Of a DNA stretch of 64,000 bases, positions 37,271-46,846 are shown one piece after another (position 1 is the first letter of the stretch; every line of letters begins with the position of its first letter). The notes beneath the pieces were generated by a model, which had not been told where the DNA came from, did no database searches, and was given only the letters and a program-made list of their open reading frames with translations. The translations under genes and the position numbers were made by a program. Where the stretch lies: positions 2,325 through 66,324 of IMG/VR virus record IMGVR_UViG_3300029267_002747. One strand, written 5' to 3'. The DNA is from a virus.

Positions 37271-37762
37271 TTACTGGATTTCCTTGTCGAAAGAATCCTG
37301 AAGTGACTTCAGTGTTCCCTTGATGCCTGGGTGGGATCCACCACCTGCTGCACCGTCGGTGAGCTCGCCTTCACCCTTTTCGTCCGGGGTCGGACCGCTG
37401 ACCGCTGGGTCAACCTGGGTGATGTGCTTAGATTCGGACTCTTCCTTGCCGGTTGGACCGGATGAGTCATGCTGCGGGACCTTGGTCTCGGCTACCATTG
37501 AGCCACGGCCACCAGCATCTTCTGCATAGGGCTCGTTGCCGGTTTCGGCCTTGGTGTCCACACTGTTGCTGACCAGGTCAGCTGCACGCTTGATAAGACC
37601 ATCTACGATGCCTGCGCCGTAAATCTGTCCAGCGGCATACACACTCTCGATATCTTCAGCAAGCTTTGAGATTGATGCGCTCTTGGTTTCCTCAGCTGTC
37701 TTCTCAGCCTTCTTTTCACCGTACAGAGCCTGATAAATTTCGGTAACGTTCATAGTTTGCAA
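37271..37762 (-). CDS. KxA-motif scaffold-like protein
   Basis: KKA, KTA, KSA, KLA, KRA in the N-terminal third; start may be ATG 37753. Confidence 0.68.
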   Translation of the reverse strand: MQTMNVTEIYQALYGEKKAEKTAEETKSASISKLAEDIESVYAAGQIYGAGIVDGLIKRAADLVSNSVDTKAETGNEPYAEDAGGRGSMVAETKVPQHDSSGPTGKEESESKHITQVDPAVSGPTPDEKGEGELTDGAAGGGSHPGIKGTLKSLQDSFDKEIQ

Positions 37763-37819
37763 TCCTCACAAATATCGGAAAACTATTTCTATTTAATGGG
37801 AGACAAATTCTCCACTGGA

Positions 37820-37830
37820 AACGGTATACA
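37820..37830 (-). promoter_or_regulatory. putative phage late promoter TGTATACCGTT
   Basis: Motif repeated in four intergenic gaps upstream of minus-strand structural genes. Confidence 0.6.
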
Positions 37831-37865
37831 AAACTTTTTCCAACTAAATTCAAATCATTCAGTTT

Positions 37866-39533
37866 TTAATCTACAGGAGGTTTTTCCTTGCCTTTGAAAG
37901 CTTTTGTGACTTTATCCACGACAGGTTTAGTCTTCTCTACAACCTTACTGACTGCAGGAGATGCTACACCTTTTGCCTTTCCAAACATGGCAGGCAATGC
38001 ATGCATAATGCCAGCTGTACCAAAGCCTGTCAGAATTGGGTGCTTGGCAATGAATCTCTGTAAAACATTGAGATCTTTACCATGTTCTGCAGCCCCTCGA
38101 AGTCCAGCAGAACCCAATAAACCTATACCCAATCCAGATAATGTCCGACCTGTCGGAATATCTGAGAAATAACCTGCCGTAGCTCGCACTGGGGCGAACA
38201 AAGCGGACCCAATACCAGCTTGCTTAGCTAAGGTCTCTGGGGGGAAGACCAAATGAGCTACTTCAGGTATGTCAAAATGGGAAGCGAATTTTTCACACCA
38301 CTCTGAATCGGAAAAACACCTATAAATTAATTTATCTATTTTTGAATTATACGTAGCTTCTTTTACCCCATCACTTCTGTCCAATTCAATTAGTCGATCA
38401 GAAAGATAGGGGTCTAGCATAGAGCTAGACTTCATTAAAGGAGCTAAATTCATAAGTTCTTTTAGGTCCGGCATCGGACACCCACATGAGTCGGGAATAT
38501 CTTCATCTTTAAGACCGGCCTGCCTAGCCTCTTCCCCTGTTGGAAAGATGCCAGCATGAAGCAAGTCAGATAGTCTATTTTCAAAAGGTCTATCTTTCTT
38601 GCTGATAATCATAATGACCGTACGTCTTACCGGTCTGGAACCTTCATCCTTTGGGAGGTCTTTGCTGAGATGCTCGACAACTTTCTCTGGTACCGCATCA
38701 GCCTTAACTGGGACTTCCTTATCTATATCTGCTTCCTTCTCGTCCGCTACCTTGGGCAGTGGAACTGGGACCACAATAGATACCTTGCCAGCAGGAACAT
38801 TGAACATGGGTTTCTGTTCTCTGGCAATCTTATGCAGAGTAAGGGCCTGCGGGTCTGCGCCTCTCTTGACCCAGGACATATCAAAGAATTTCGGATATGG
38901 ATTAATTGCGTAATTCTTAGACCCATCGGGGTGGATTCTATTCATCGCCAGCTTCAGGTGGTCGCAGTATTCGCTCCTGTTCTTGGCCTTGTTATGACAC
39001 TTGGAACAGATGTCATAGGCGACCTTAGTACCCATGGACCAGGCCAGATCCTCTCCATTGTCGATAGCTTCACAAGCATCCGGGGCCAGCGCTCTCTTAA
39101 TAAATACCACTGTCTCGACCCTGTGCATTTTATCATTGTAGGCTGCGTACTTGATCTGCTCGCCGATGGTATGCTTGGGATCATGGTTTTTATGATTCCG
39201 ATATGGATAGGCGTACTTCTCGAAAGTGCCGTATCCGTAATCAGCGCCGGACTTGACCAGGTGGGGTTCTCCGTTGATGTACTCAGGGAATGCATCCCCG
39301 TTGCGGTTACTCCCCCAGGCCTCAGCACCTCCTAGTCCGTGAACCAGGAGGTGGTGGCCATCATCCCTAGGCGTGATGTTTGCAATGGCGATTTTGATAC
39401 GGTCCGGAATATAGATTTCCGAAGCAATCTTTTCGTATTGCCTGGTAAACAGTGGGACAGTCCATGGTTCATCATCCAATAATGAAGCCGGGACTATTTT
39501 CCCACTTACCGCAAAATCGTCGAAAGTCGCCAT
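37866..39533 (-). CDS. prohead maturation protease (HK97/assemblin-type Ser protease) with Zn insertion and long C-terminal extension
   Basis: NRNGD, RNH (His), WSMG (Ser), CSKC...CDH insertion, FFDMSWVKRGADPQA resembling the E-x-S-x-V-x-x-P-A-x-x-x-A motif; upstream of scaffold and capsid genes. Confidence 0.75.
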   Translation of the reverse strand: MATFDDFAVSGKIVPASLLDDEPWTVPLFTRQYEKIASEIYIPDRIKIAIANITPRDDGHHLLVHGLGGAEAWGSNRNGDAFPEYINGEPHLVKSGADYGYGTFEKYAYPYRNHKNHDPKHTIGEQIKYAAYNDKMHRVETVVFIKRALAPDACEAIDNGEDLAWSMGTKVAYDICSKCHNKAKNRSEYCDHLKLAMNRIHPDGSKNYAINPYPKFFDMSWVKRGADPQALTLHKIAREQKPMFNVPAGKVSIVVPVPLPKVADEKEADIDKEVPVKADAVPEKVVEHLSKDLPKDEGSRPVRRTVIMIISKKDRPFENRLSDLLHAGIFPTGEEARQAGLKDEDIPDSCGCPMPDLKELMNLAPLMKSSSMLDPYLSDRLIELDRSDGVKEATYNSKIDKLIYRCFSDSEWCEKFASHFDIPEVAHLVFPPETLAKQAGIGSALFAPVRATAGYFSDIPTGRTLSGLGIGLLGSAGLRGAAEHGKDLNVLQRFIAKHPILTGFGTAGIMHALPAMFGKAKGVASPAVSKVVEKTKPVVDKVTKAFKGKEKPPVD

Positions 39534-39561
39534 AATATCCCTCTAACTTTAAAAATTGACC

Positions 39562-39777
39562 TCAATCCACATTCTTCAGAGAAAGTAATGCAAATTTCAA
39601 TTCTTCGTGTAATTTCCTCTTGGATTCTTTTTTCGACTTAATCGCAGGGTCTGCAGCTGCAAAAGTCGTTGGAACTTCCATTGTGCCTTCGACAGGATCG
39701 ATATATTGCGTCTTATGCGCAGCAGGAGTCGCTTCAGAAGCATTGGCTGTAGAAGATTCCCTATCAATAGATCTCAT
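39562..39777 (-). CDS. small hypothetical protein
   Basis: 71-aa ORF coupled by TAATG to the upstream gene. Confidence 0.6.
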   Translation of the reverse strand: MRSIDRESSTANASEATPAAHKTQYIDPVEGTMEVPTTFAAADPAIKSKKESKRKLHEELKFALLSLKNVD

Positions 39778-40364
39778 TAAAATAGCTTCCCTGCTGAAGT
39801 AAGACCCTTGGCCGCTGATTCGTAAACATCGGCGGAAGGTGTTCTGAGTTTCTGGACATCCACGAGCCTCTTCAAAAGATCTGGGGTGATAGCAGATTCG
39901 CCCAAACTTTGGAGCTGAATAAGTATCGCCGAAGCTGCTGTAGGTTCACTAGCTATAGCTGGGGCAAAGTGCATAAGCAGCTCAAAATTTCGAGCTGTCT
40001 GTTCTGGATCTCTGGTCAGAGCCGGAGTTCTTCGGAGAACTTCTCTTAAAGCCCTTTCCAGTTGCCCCTTAGTCCTAGTGTTTTTATAAATCTTTCCTAT
40101 AGCAGGTGCCAAACCAAAGCCTATCCCTAAAGAACCAATGATAGGTTTCAGCCAGGCGCTCTTCTCAACCATCGCTATACCTTGAAGATGTGAGAAAATT
40201 CTTTCTTTTGCTTCTTTGGAGAAGTCTTTAAATGCTTCTTGAATTACCTCGGTGACTAGGTCTTCTCCTTGAAGTGCCGCTAATTTAATAGCTGCTCGGA
40301 TTTTGGGGAGATCCGGGATCTCGACCTCGTTTTCGTGGAACATTGCGTATTTTTCAAACAGCAT
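39777..40364 (-). CDS. KxA-motif virion internal protein with hydrophobic segment
   Basis: KYA, KLA, KEA, KSA followed by WLKPIIGSLGIGFGLAPAIG. Confidence 0.65.
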   Translation of the reverse strand: MLFEKYAMFHENEVEIPDLPKIRAAIKLAALQGEDLVTEVIQEAFKDFSKEAKERIFSHLQGIAMVEKSAWLKPIIGSLGIGFGLAPAIGKIYKNTRTKGQLERALREVLRRTPALTRDPEQTARNFELLMHFAPAIASEPTAASAILIQLQSLGESAITPDLLKRLVDVQKLRTPSADVYESAAKGLTSAGKLF

Positions 40365-40373
40365 AATATATCC

Positions 40374-41915
40374 CTACATGCGATCCATTCTGTCCTCAAA
40401 GCCGCCGATACCTGTTCCGTATGGATTAACTCCGCCAGGAACCGCACCTTCACGCGTTATTTGAGAAGAACCAAAAAATTGAGGACTCTCAGGACGTAAC
40501 CCAACATCTGCGATATCCCCCAAAAATTGAGACCCCATACTTAGCAGGCCTGCCCCAGCAAGTAATTTAGGAATTTTAAGCTCATGCCAAACAGTATTGG
40601 GTATATGTTTAATGCCTTTAATAGCTCCACTTACAGTCTTGTCTTTCATGTCTTTAATATCCGCCGAAGATGTAGACTGAATTCTATCTCCGACGGTTTT
40701 CAATTTTTTTCCCAGGTTCTGGCCAGCGCCTTGCAGCCATTCCTTTCCACCTGAAAGTATATCTTTGAATCCCCCACCTTCGGCAATTTTCTCTAGAACA
40801 TCCCCCGTTTCGTCCTCCCCTAGAATAGCTGAGAGACCCATACCAAGCATCATAGCAAACTTGGAAAGTTCGGCCTCTCTATCTGAGGCGGTCTTCGCAG
40901 GCTCTTTAGAGTTCATGCACCCCAGAACATTGTCCGATTCTCTACGGATTGTTCTAAGGTTATTCAGCTCATACTGGCTGACATTCTCGGTGTTGTTCAG
41001 CTTATAAATGGCACGGGCTATGCCAAAATTCGCTCCTCGATATGATTTCGCTCCTCCAAGAATCTCTTTTCTATCGTAATCGGTATTTTTCATATCGTCG
41101 ATCACAATAACCAAACCATGCTGTTGGTTGGCTTTGGTCGGATTCTTTAAGTCAGAATAATCTGATTTATCGAGCTTCTTCTCCCCGGTATTTTTGTCGT
41201 CATCATAGTGATGGTAAGTCTTCTCTAACTCCTCAGGCGTCAACGCTATCTTCTGGAGCCTGGTCTGAGCCTCCACAGGAGAAGTACCCATAATAGGCGC
41301 TAGGAGCTCAGCACTCTTCGAGAGTACAACAAAAAGATTCTTTCGAGTTTCATCATCCTGCATAGACGCTAACTTAATAAGTTCATCCATATCAGGATCA
41401 TTAGCGAGCACAGCTTGCTTCACATACCCGAAGATCTTCTGCAGATTTCCATGCTGATGTGCTTCCAAAGCGGCGACCTTACCGTCTGTCCCCCGCAGAA
41501 ACATATTCACATGGTGCTGAATCATTTCCAGATGCTGAATAGCTTCTTTCTTCATCTGCTGACGACGGGCATGGCCTACCGGAAGGATTTCCTTTGAAGC
41601 TTCTTTAAGAAACCCGGGACCTCCAGCCAGCGAAGCAATCTTAACAGAAGACCCCTCAGCAGAGCTATCCAACTTAGATAATATCTTATCTATATTAGCC
41701 AGCTTGAAAACAAATCTCTGGTCTTCAGCTGTCTTCCGAAGTTCGGCGTTGGCTAGATTATTGGTGGCTTCAATTAGCCGCTGAATCTGGAATTGATTCA
41801 GTTCCTTATCCGATGCAATCTTAGCTATGGTTTCGTCTAAGGATGCTTTCTTAGACAAAAGCCCTTCCACAGCTTTAGCAGCATGCATCTGGATCAATTC
41901 TGGCGTTATCTGCAT
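40374..41915 (-). CDS. KxA-rich virion internal/core protein
   Basis: 15 KxA motifs by eye in the first ~380 aa and none in the Gly-rich C-terminal region. Confidence 0.7.
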   Translation of the reverse strand: MQITPELIQMHAAKAVEGLLSKKASLDETIAKIASDKELNQFQIQRLIEATNNLANAELRKTAEDQRFVFKLANIDKILSKLDSSAEGSSVKIASLAGGPGFLKEASKEILPVGHARRQQMKKEAIQHLEMIQHHVNMFLRGTDGKVAALEAHQHGNLQKIFGYVKQAVLANDPDMDELIKLASMQDDETRKNLFVVLSKSAELLAPIMGTSPVEAQTRLQKIALTPEELEKTYHHYDDDKNTGEKKLDKSDYSDLKNPTKANQQHGLVIVIDDMKNTDYDRKEILGGAKSYRGANFGIARAIYKLNNTENVSQYELNNLRTIRRESDNVLGCMNSKEPAKTASDREAELSKFAMMLGMGLSAILGEDETGDVLEKIAEGGGFKDILSGGKEWLQGAGQNLGKKLKTVGDRIQSTSSADIKDMKDKTVSGAIKGIKHIPNTVWHELKIPKLLAGAGLLSMGSQFLGDIADVGLRPESPQFFGSSQITREGAVPGGVNPYGTGIGGFEDRMDRM

Positions 41916-41936
41916 AGTTTCCCTTTATGCGTTACT

Positions 41937-43208
41937 TTAGAACTGAGAATTATTCTTCACTAATTCTTCTTCGATGACCTCACGAGCGTCCGGTTTCCCG
42001 GGGAATAAATTTGTCAAAGCGAGCAACCCTAGAGCACCGGCTCCAGCTAAACCTGTACCTAACCCACCTCGTACTCTACTGGATCGAGACCCTAATGCTT
42101 GTCCCATAGCTTCACCAGGGAATAGTGCGTTAGTTGGCCTAGGTGGAGCATTTTGCGCATAAGCTCTGTTTGCAGCTCTTATCTGATCCATCATTGCCTC
42201 ATGACGAGCAGCGGAAGGTCTGGCCTGCATTTTAATCATATCTAAAAGCGGTACTTCCTTAGCCAAGTCTTTGAAGTACTTGTAATATTCCGATGGATCA
42301 GCTCCAGTAGCCGCTACTTTTTCTCTGGCTCTTTGCTGGACGCCGCACCAAATTCCCGCAGTCTTCACATACGGTTCGCCATTAGGTAAACATGTGAAAT
42401 ACGAATGTGTATTTAAACTTGATGTCTTGTTGTAACCCAACATAGGAAATCCCTTAGGCTTTTTAGGAGGTGTTACGGAAGCGTCTATATTGACTGTTTT
42501 ACCTGCTCCCGCACGACTTGTACCAAATTGATCTCTAAAATCCTGACCTTTTACTGGAGGCTCAACATCCGGATTTGGTGTGGCTACATCCTCCACCCAA
42601 TCTCCGAAATCCCTCGTTTTTTTGCCCACAAAATCTTTCATTCTTGAAAATATACCTGGGCCACCTTTTGTTGAGGCGTCCCCCGTAGGAGCTGTTGGAG
42701 CACCTGTCTGTGGGGCACCTGTCTGTGGGGCACTACCAGGCGCTGGTGCGGGGGCTTGTTGTAAGTTTAATCCAGGGAAAGATTCCGCTAGCCATTTACC
42801 GAAACCCCCGGCAAGACTCCCCTCTCTGGGGCCACCCTTGGGTCTTAACGCTCTGTATAAACCGTAGCCACCCAAACCTAATCCTGCTGCAGCTAACGGA
42901 TTTTTCAGAGCCCCCGATATGACCGATGGAGCTAAAGACCAAAGAGCCATCATCATTAAATTATCTTTAAGCCCTGAGCTAAAGCTTCCGCCACCACCTT
43001 CTTGTTGAATTGGTTTATTCTCCGGGCCGGGACCTGGGTGTACATTTGTTGGAATTTCTTCCCCTAGACTGCCACTCAGATTATCTCCGCCGGTAGTTGA
43101 TGTCTGGCCGCGCATTTTCTGCGCACCTTCTGGTGATGTGTACATCCTGTAATGCATCTCAGGATTATTTGGATCCTGAGCCAATTTGTCAGCCAATTTA
43201 CACAGCAT
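41937..43208 (-). CDS. Gly/Pro-rich virion protein with glycine-zipper-like segments
   Basis: AAAGLGLGGYGLY and GLGTGLAGAGALGLLAL; KLA x2, KTA, KVA. Confidence 0.65.
   Translation of the reverse strand: MLCKLADKLAQDPNNPEMHYRMYTSPEGAQKMRGQTSTTGGDNLSGSLGEEIPTNVHPGPGPENKPIQQEGGGGSFSSGLKDNLMMMALWSLAPSVISGALKNPLAAAGLGLGGYGLYRALRPKGGPREGSLAGGFGKWLAESFPGLNLQQAPAPAPGSAPQTGAPQTGAPTAPTGDASTKGGPGIFSRMKDFVGKKTRDFGDWVEDVATPNPDVEPPVKGQDFRDQFGTSRAGAGKTVNIDASVTPPKKPKGFPMLGYNKTSSLNTHSYFTCLPNGEPYVKTAGIWCGVQQRAREKVAATGADPSEYYKYFKDLAKEVPLLDMIKMQARPSAARHEAMMDQIRAANRAYAQNAPPRPTNALFPGEAMGQALGSRSSRVRGGLGTGLAGAGALGLLALTNLFPGKPDAREVIEEELVKNNSQF
42700..42733. repeat. 15-bp tandem repeat (2.3 copies) encoding a GAPQT repeat
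   Basis: GCACCTGTCTGTGGG x2 plus GCAC. Confidence 0.8.
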
Positions 43209-43241
43209 ATGCTTTCCTTAAAGAAGGATCTAATATCCGTG

Positions 43242-43252
43242 AACGGTATACA
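43242..43252 (-). promoter_or_regulatory. putative late promoter TGTATACCGTT
   Basis: Exact copy, 33 nt upstream of ATG 43208. Confidence 0.6.
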
Positions 43253-43273
43253 GTGAATCTTCAAAAACAAAAC

Positions 43274-43303
43274 ACTGAAGATATGTGGCATAATACTATG
43301 AAG
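43274..43303 (+). promoter_or_regulatory. putative promoter, same class as 1282-1312
   Basis: ACTGAAG-N2-ATGTGGCATAATACTATGA upstream of the + strand membrane-protein cassette. Confidence 0.55.
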
Positions 43304-43342
43304 TGAAATTTCATTTTTTTGTTTAATTTACGGGAGGTTCTT

Positions 43343-43477
43343 GTGAAAAATTCCAAGAAAAAGGGCCCTTCAATAATGTCCATATTGAAGTTGGTTGTAT
43401 ACGAACTCGCCATCTTAGGGTTGATGTTCGCAGCCATTTTTAAATGGGTCGCCCCCGCTTTAATGGGAGGTGCCTGA
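43343..43477 (+). CDS. 44-aa single-pass membrane protein below the ORF-track cutoff
   Basis: GGAGG SD plus GTG; MKNSKKKGPSIMSILKLVVYELAILGLMFAAIFKWVAPALMGGA; TGATG coupling to the next gene. Confidence 0.65.
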   Translation: MKNSKKKGPSIMSILKLVVYELAILGLMFAAIFKWVAPALMGGA

Positions 43478-43824
43478 TGTTAATGACGATAATCTGCGGG
43501 GCCGCTGGCCTGGGGTTTGTTGTTCAGATATTCCGGAAAGATCCAAAAAAGAAAACCAAGCCCGAGAAGAAGAAAAAGAGGGACAAACCCAAGCCTGAGT
43601 CTCGGATTGACAAAGTACATCGCTGTCGACAAATATTCTTCGAGAACATGGAGAGAGGTATGCCCTGGTCAGAAGCCAACGAGCTTCTGATCGAAGAACT
43701 GGGAGCAGACGATGACCTCTTCCCCTACACAGGGGAAGAAAAGAGGAGAATGCAAACAATTCTCGTCACTCGAGGCAAAGAGTATGGTATAGACCTCACG
43801 GACGAACTCAAAGAGTACCTATGA
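43477..43824 (+). CDS. membrane-anchored hypothetical protein
   Basis: Start moved to ATG 43477 (GGAGGT SD); N-terminal hydrophobic segment followed by a Lys-rich stretch. Confidence 0.7.
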   Translation: MLMTIICGAAGLGFVVQIFRKDPKKKTKPEKKKKRDKPKPESRIDKVHRCRQIFFENMERGMPWSEANELLIEELGADDDLFPYTGEEKRRMQTILVTRGKEYGIDLTDELKEYL

Positions 43825-43842
43825 ACAAAGTGAAGGAGCAAA

Positions 43843-44046
43843 ATGTTACCTATCATAGCCGTGGGCGCATCATGTTTGGCACTAGGTGGATCCGTCTATA
43901 TCGGGTTCAAATTACTCAAAACCAAAAAAGATGTGCAACAAGAACTGCAGAGGCTGGACAAGATCGTAGAAAATATCGAAGTGGATCTAGCAAAAACACT
44001 TAAGGATTTTCGCAAGGCCGTGCAGAACTTCCGACGTAATTTATGA
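43843..44046 (+). CDS. membrane-anchored coiled-coil small protein
   Basis: AAGGAG SD; TM MLPIIAVGASCLALGGSVYIGF plus heptad-like tail. Confidence 0.7.
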   Translation: MLPIIAVGASCLALGGSVYIGFKLLKTKKDVQQELQRLDKIVENIEVDLAKTLKDFRKAVQNFRRNL

Positions 44047-44051
44047 TGAAT

Positions 44052-44078
44052 AAAGAAGGGGTAACACCCTTCTTTTTT
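44052..44078. terminator. bidirectional terminator between convergent genes
   Basis: AAAGAAGGG-GTAACA-CCCTTCTTTTTT. Confidence 0.7.
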
Positions 44079-45780
44079 AGTTCGGAATCCAACCCATATC
44101 CTCTTCAGGTTCTACGTGGAATTTATTCAGCACTCCGTGATAAACATCGCTAGCTAATTTACAATACACAGTAGCTTGGAAACAATCGTCTGGTTTTCCG
44201 ACCGGATGGTCAAAGCGCATGGTGCTGTTGTCCGCATTGTATTCGACATAAATACAAGTAAAGTCATCAACAAAATCCTGCATTTCCGCCCACTTTGGAA
44301 AGGAAATTCGGTTCCTCTTAATATCATCGATAAGCCGCATATGCATAGCTGACCTATCTGCAACAAAACGTTGAGATCTATCATTCCATACGATCATATT
44401 CTGCTGGACTCGAGAATATTGAACTTCGAAAAGTTTATCTGTTCCCCACCCGAACTCATTTACTAAACGAGCATTTTGGGGTGCGCCAAAGCCCCAGTCA
44501 CACATAACCCCCTGGACCTGGAATTGTCGCATAATCCTATCTAAAACTTGGGGCTGATTGTACATGTCTGCGTCCGCCCCCAACAGTCGAGCCATAAAAA
44601 CTATTCGGAATTTACCTTTATAGAAACCCCCGATTACTATGGTCGTGAAAGACCTTACTTTCTCCCCTTTAGACGTGACAGCATATTGTGACCCAGTGCC
44701 CCAATCTATTCCGGCCACCAAAGGAAAAGGTAAAGACTCCCCGGGTTTAGCCATAACTCTGCGCTCTTCACACGCCGCACGCAAATCACCTTCGCTAAGG
44801 GCTAAATCTCCCTCGGCATAAGGTAATCCCATTACCTCGTTACAGAACGCCGAAACCGTAGTTCTGGGGCTATTCAATTCCCTCCAGATCGCTTTTGGAT
44901 CCACGTTCGGGTTGAGAATAGTTGGAAGCCTAAACCCGTTGAATTCTCCTATTTTACTAGGCTTTCTAGCAACCCATCGTCCGTCTCTTATTACATCGAT
45001 GCCCCGACCGCATTTTTGGCATATGTATTTGTCTGGAGAGAGTACAGATAGATCTAGAAAATTCCAATGGTTGCATCCCTGGCATTTAACCATCCATTCG
45101 TATCCGCAGCTATCTTCGTAGTACTCAGCTAGATGATTCGAGTAAGTCTTTGGTGTGCCTGTGTAAAAGAATCGACTGTCCGTATAGTTACGCGCCGAGT
45201 TTTTTAGAATACTGATAGAGTCAGAGATTAGATCCTGGAACTCATCGAATGCAATCCAACCTGCTGTGATACCACGAGCTGGGTCAGCTGAATGGAATGC
45301 CGATCTGAAATATGTCAGGCTGGCGTTCTTAAAAGCTCTAACGCCCATCTGCCAGGCATTATGATCGTCAATCATCGGAGAAATTGTCGGGCTGAGCGCA
45401 CACATATTCGCGAATACATCACGACTGAAAACCTTGATTTGATCGCCACGAGGGGCGATGTACAGACATCTATACCCCGGAGAGGATACGTTTCTTGTTA
45501 TCAGATTCACAGCTAGCTTGGTAGATTTTCCTGTCTGGCGACCTGTCATGTAGACTACTTCTGGAGCATCAAAATCCAGCATCACTGTATCGTATGGCCT
45601 ATTGATGAAGTCTAAAGGTTTTGGACCATCACCAAGAGATACCCTGAAATGCTTTGTCGCTATCGTAGAAAAAGATTCTTTTTTGACCTCATTTTGCAAA
45701 GATGTAGTAATGTTATGCGGTGCAGAAACTGTCCAATTGCTTGGGGGCACTCTGTGTGTATCGCTTATGAGTAATGTCAT
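44077..45780 (-). CDS. terL: terminase large subunit (lambda gpA-like with Zn ribbon)
   Basis: Walker A GRQTGKST, Walker B IAFDE, GTPK, CQGC/CQKC, nuclease GIDWG, DWG, PDD. Confidence 0.92.
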   Translation of the reverse strand: MTLLISDTHRVPPSNWTVSAPHNITTSLQNEVKKESFSTIATKHFRVSLGDGPKPLDFINRPYDTVMLDFDAPEVVYMTGRQTGKSTKLAVNLITRNVSSPGYRCLYIAPRGDQIKVFSRDVFANMCALSPTISPMIDDHNAWQMGVRAFKNASLTYFRSAFHSADPARGITAGWIAFDEFQDLISDSISILKNSARNYTDSRFFYTGTPKTYSNHLAEYYEDSCGYEWMVKCQGCNHWNFLDLSVLSPDKYICQKCGRGIDVIRDGRWVARKPSKIGEFNGFRLPTILNPNVDPKAIWRELNSPRTTVSAFCNEVMGLPYAEGDLALSEGDLRAACEERRVMAKPGESLPFPLVAGIDWGTGSQYAVTSKGEKVRSFTTIVIGGFYKGKFRIVFMARLLGADADMYNQPQVLDRIMRQFQVQGVMCDWGFGAPQNARLVNEFGWGTDKLFEVQYSRVQQNMIVWNDRSQRFVADRSAMHMRLIDDIKRNRISFPKWAEMQDFVDDFTCIYVEYNADNSTMRFDHPVGKPDDCFQATVYCKLASDVYHGVLNKFHVEPEEDMGWIPN

Positions 45781-46844
45781 CCTGCTTTGCTTTCCTGGTC
45801 TTTTCGCTCATTTTTAGCTTCTGTCAAGGCCGGAACAGCTACGGGACCTTCACCTTCAGCATTGTTCATAACTGGGTATTTTTCGCCGACGAACAAGGCT
45901 TCAGCAGAATCTGATTCCTCGATGCCAAGATCTCTGATGCGATCCATGTACCTGTGGAACAGAACCATAGATGCTCGCTGTGACTTCATAGATTCCACAT
46001 CATCTCCTTGCTGGTTGAATATCGCGTTACTGAGAGATTGCAGTATGTGTTTAGTCATCACCACACCCATACCTGCTATATCGATGCTGTGGGTAGCACA
46101 GAATTTATCAATAGGCATAATTTCCGCATCATCCTTTATCTTGGCTTCCTTAGCGTACAAGCTATTGAGGTACCGATCGGTATCTTCCCTACACATGAAG
46201 CTACGATTATGAAAAAGAATGACAAAATACTCTAAGTCCCTAACGGATGTTTTTATCCCGTAAGATTTTTCAAAAAGCTCACAGATTTGCTCCGGTGTTG
46301 CAGTGGTGGAAAGAAGCGCTTCTAATTTAATCCTGTGCTGCCTTCTATGCAATAAATACGTAGGTAGCTCCGGGTCCTGGAACACAGAACTCAAAGATAG
46401 AAGATCTAAAAGGGCTCCCCAAACCGCACTTTTTGGCTCAACCTTCTTATGAATAGCTGTTTGGAATGTCTTAGGTAAAGCCTTGAAAAACTCATTCCAT
46501 ATCTGAGCTGCTTCGGATCTAGTGAGGAGTTTTTTACTGTTTTTACTGACCAAAAAACCCTGGGTCTCTAGGGTCTCGTAGACTCTGTCCTCATCCCAAC
46601 CAATAAGTCTTAAGTAAATCAGATACGTACAAAACGGAGGGATAAAAGTGATTTTCCCTTTTTCTCTGATATTGGATGGAAGGTACTTTGCAGCTTTGAA
46701 GTACTTTTCGTATTTGGCTACAGAATACAGTCGGCGTCCGAATTGAACTTTGGATTTAATACCAGCACAGCAGGTCTCGAGTACGCGAGAACATGTTCTG
46801 GGACTAAGCCCATATTTCTCTTCCAATTCCAACTGTGATAACAC
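45777..46844 (-). CDS. hypothetical protein, candidate small terminase or DNA-binding protein
   Basis: Coupled (ATGA) directly upstream of terL; possible N-terminal HTH. Confidence 0.5.
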   Translation of the reverse strand: MLSQLELEEKYGLSPRTCSRVLETCCAGIKSKVQFGRRLYSVAKYEKYFKAAKYLPSNIREKGKITFIPPFCTYLIYLRLIGWDEDRVYETLETQGFLVSKNSKKLLTRSEAAQIWNEFFKALPKTFQTAIHKKVEPKSAVWGALLDLLSLSSVFQDPELPTYLLHRRQHRIKLEALLSTTATPEQICELFEKSYGIKTSVRDLEYFVILFHNRSFMCREDTDRYLNSLYAKEAKIKDDAEIMPIDKFCATHSIDIAGMGVVMTKHILQSLSNAIFNQQGDDVESMKSQRASMVLFHRYMDRIRDLGIEESDSAEALFVGEKYPVMNNAEGEGPVAVPALTEAKNERKDQESKAG

Positions 46845-46846
46845 AA

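Noticed and set aside
38670-39335. Long antisense ORFs (e.g. 38670..39335+, 36157..36678+, 34682..35098+, 3029..3547-)
   Set aside because: Shadows of codon-biased genes on the other strand, with no SD or recognisable motifs.
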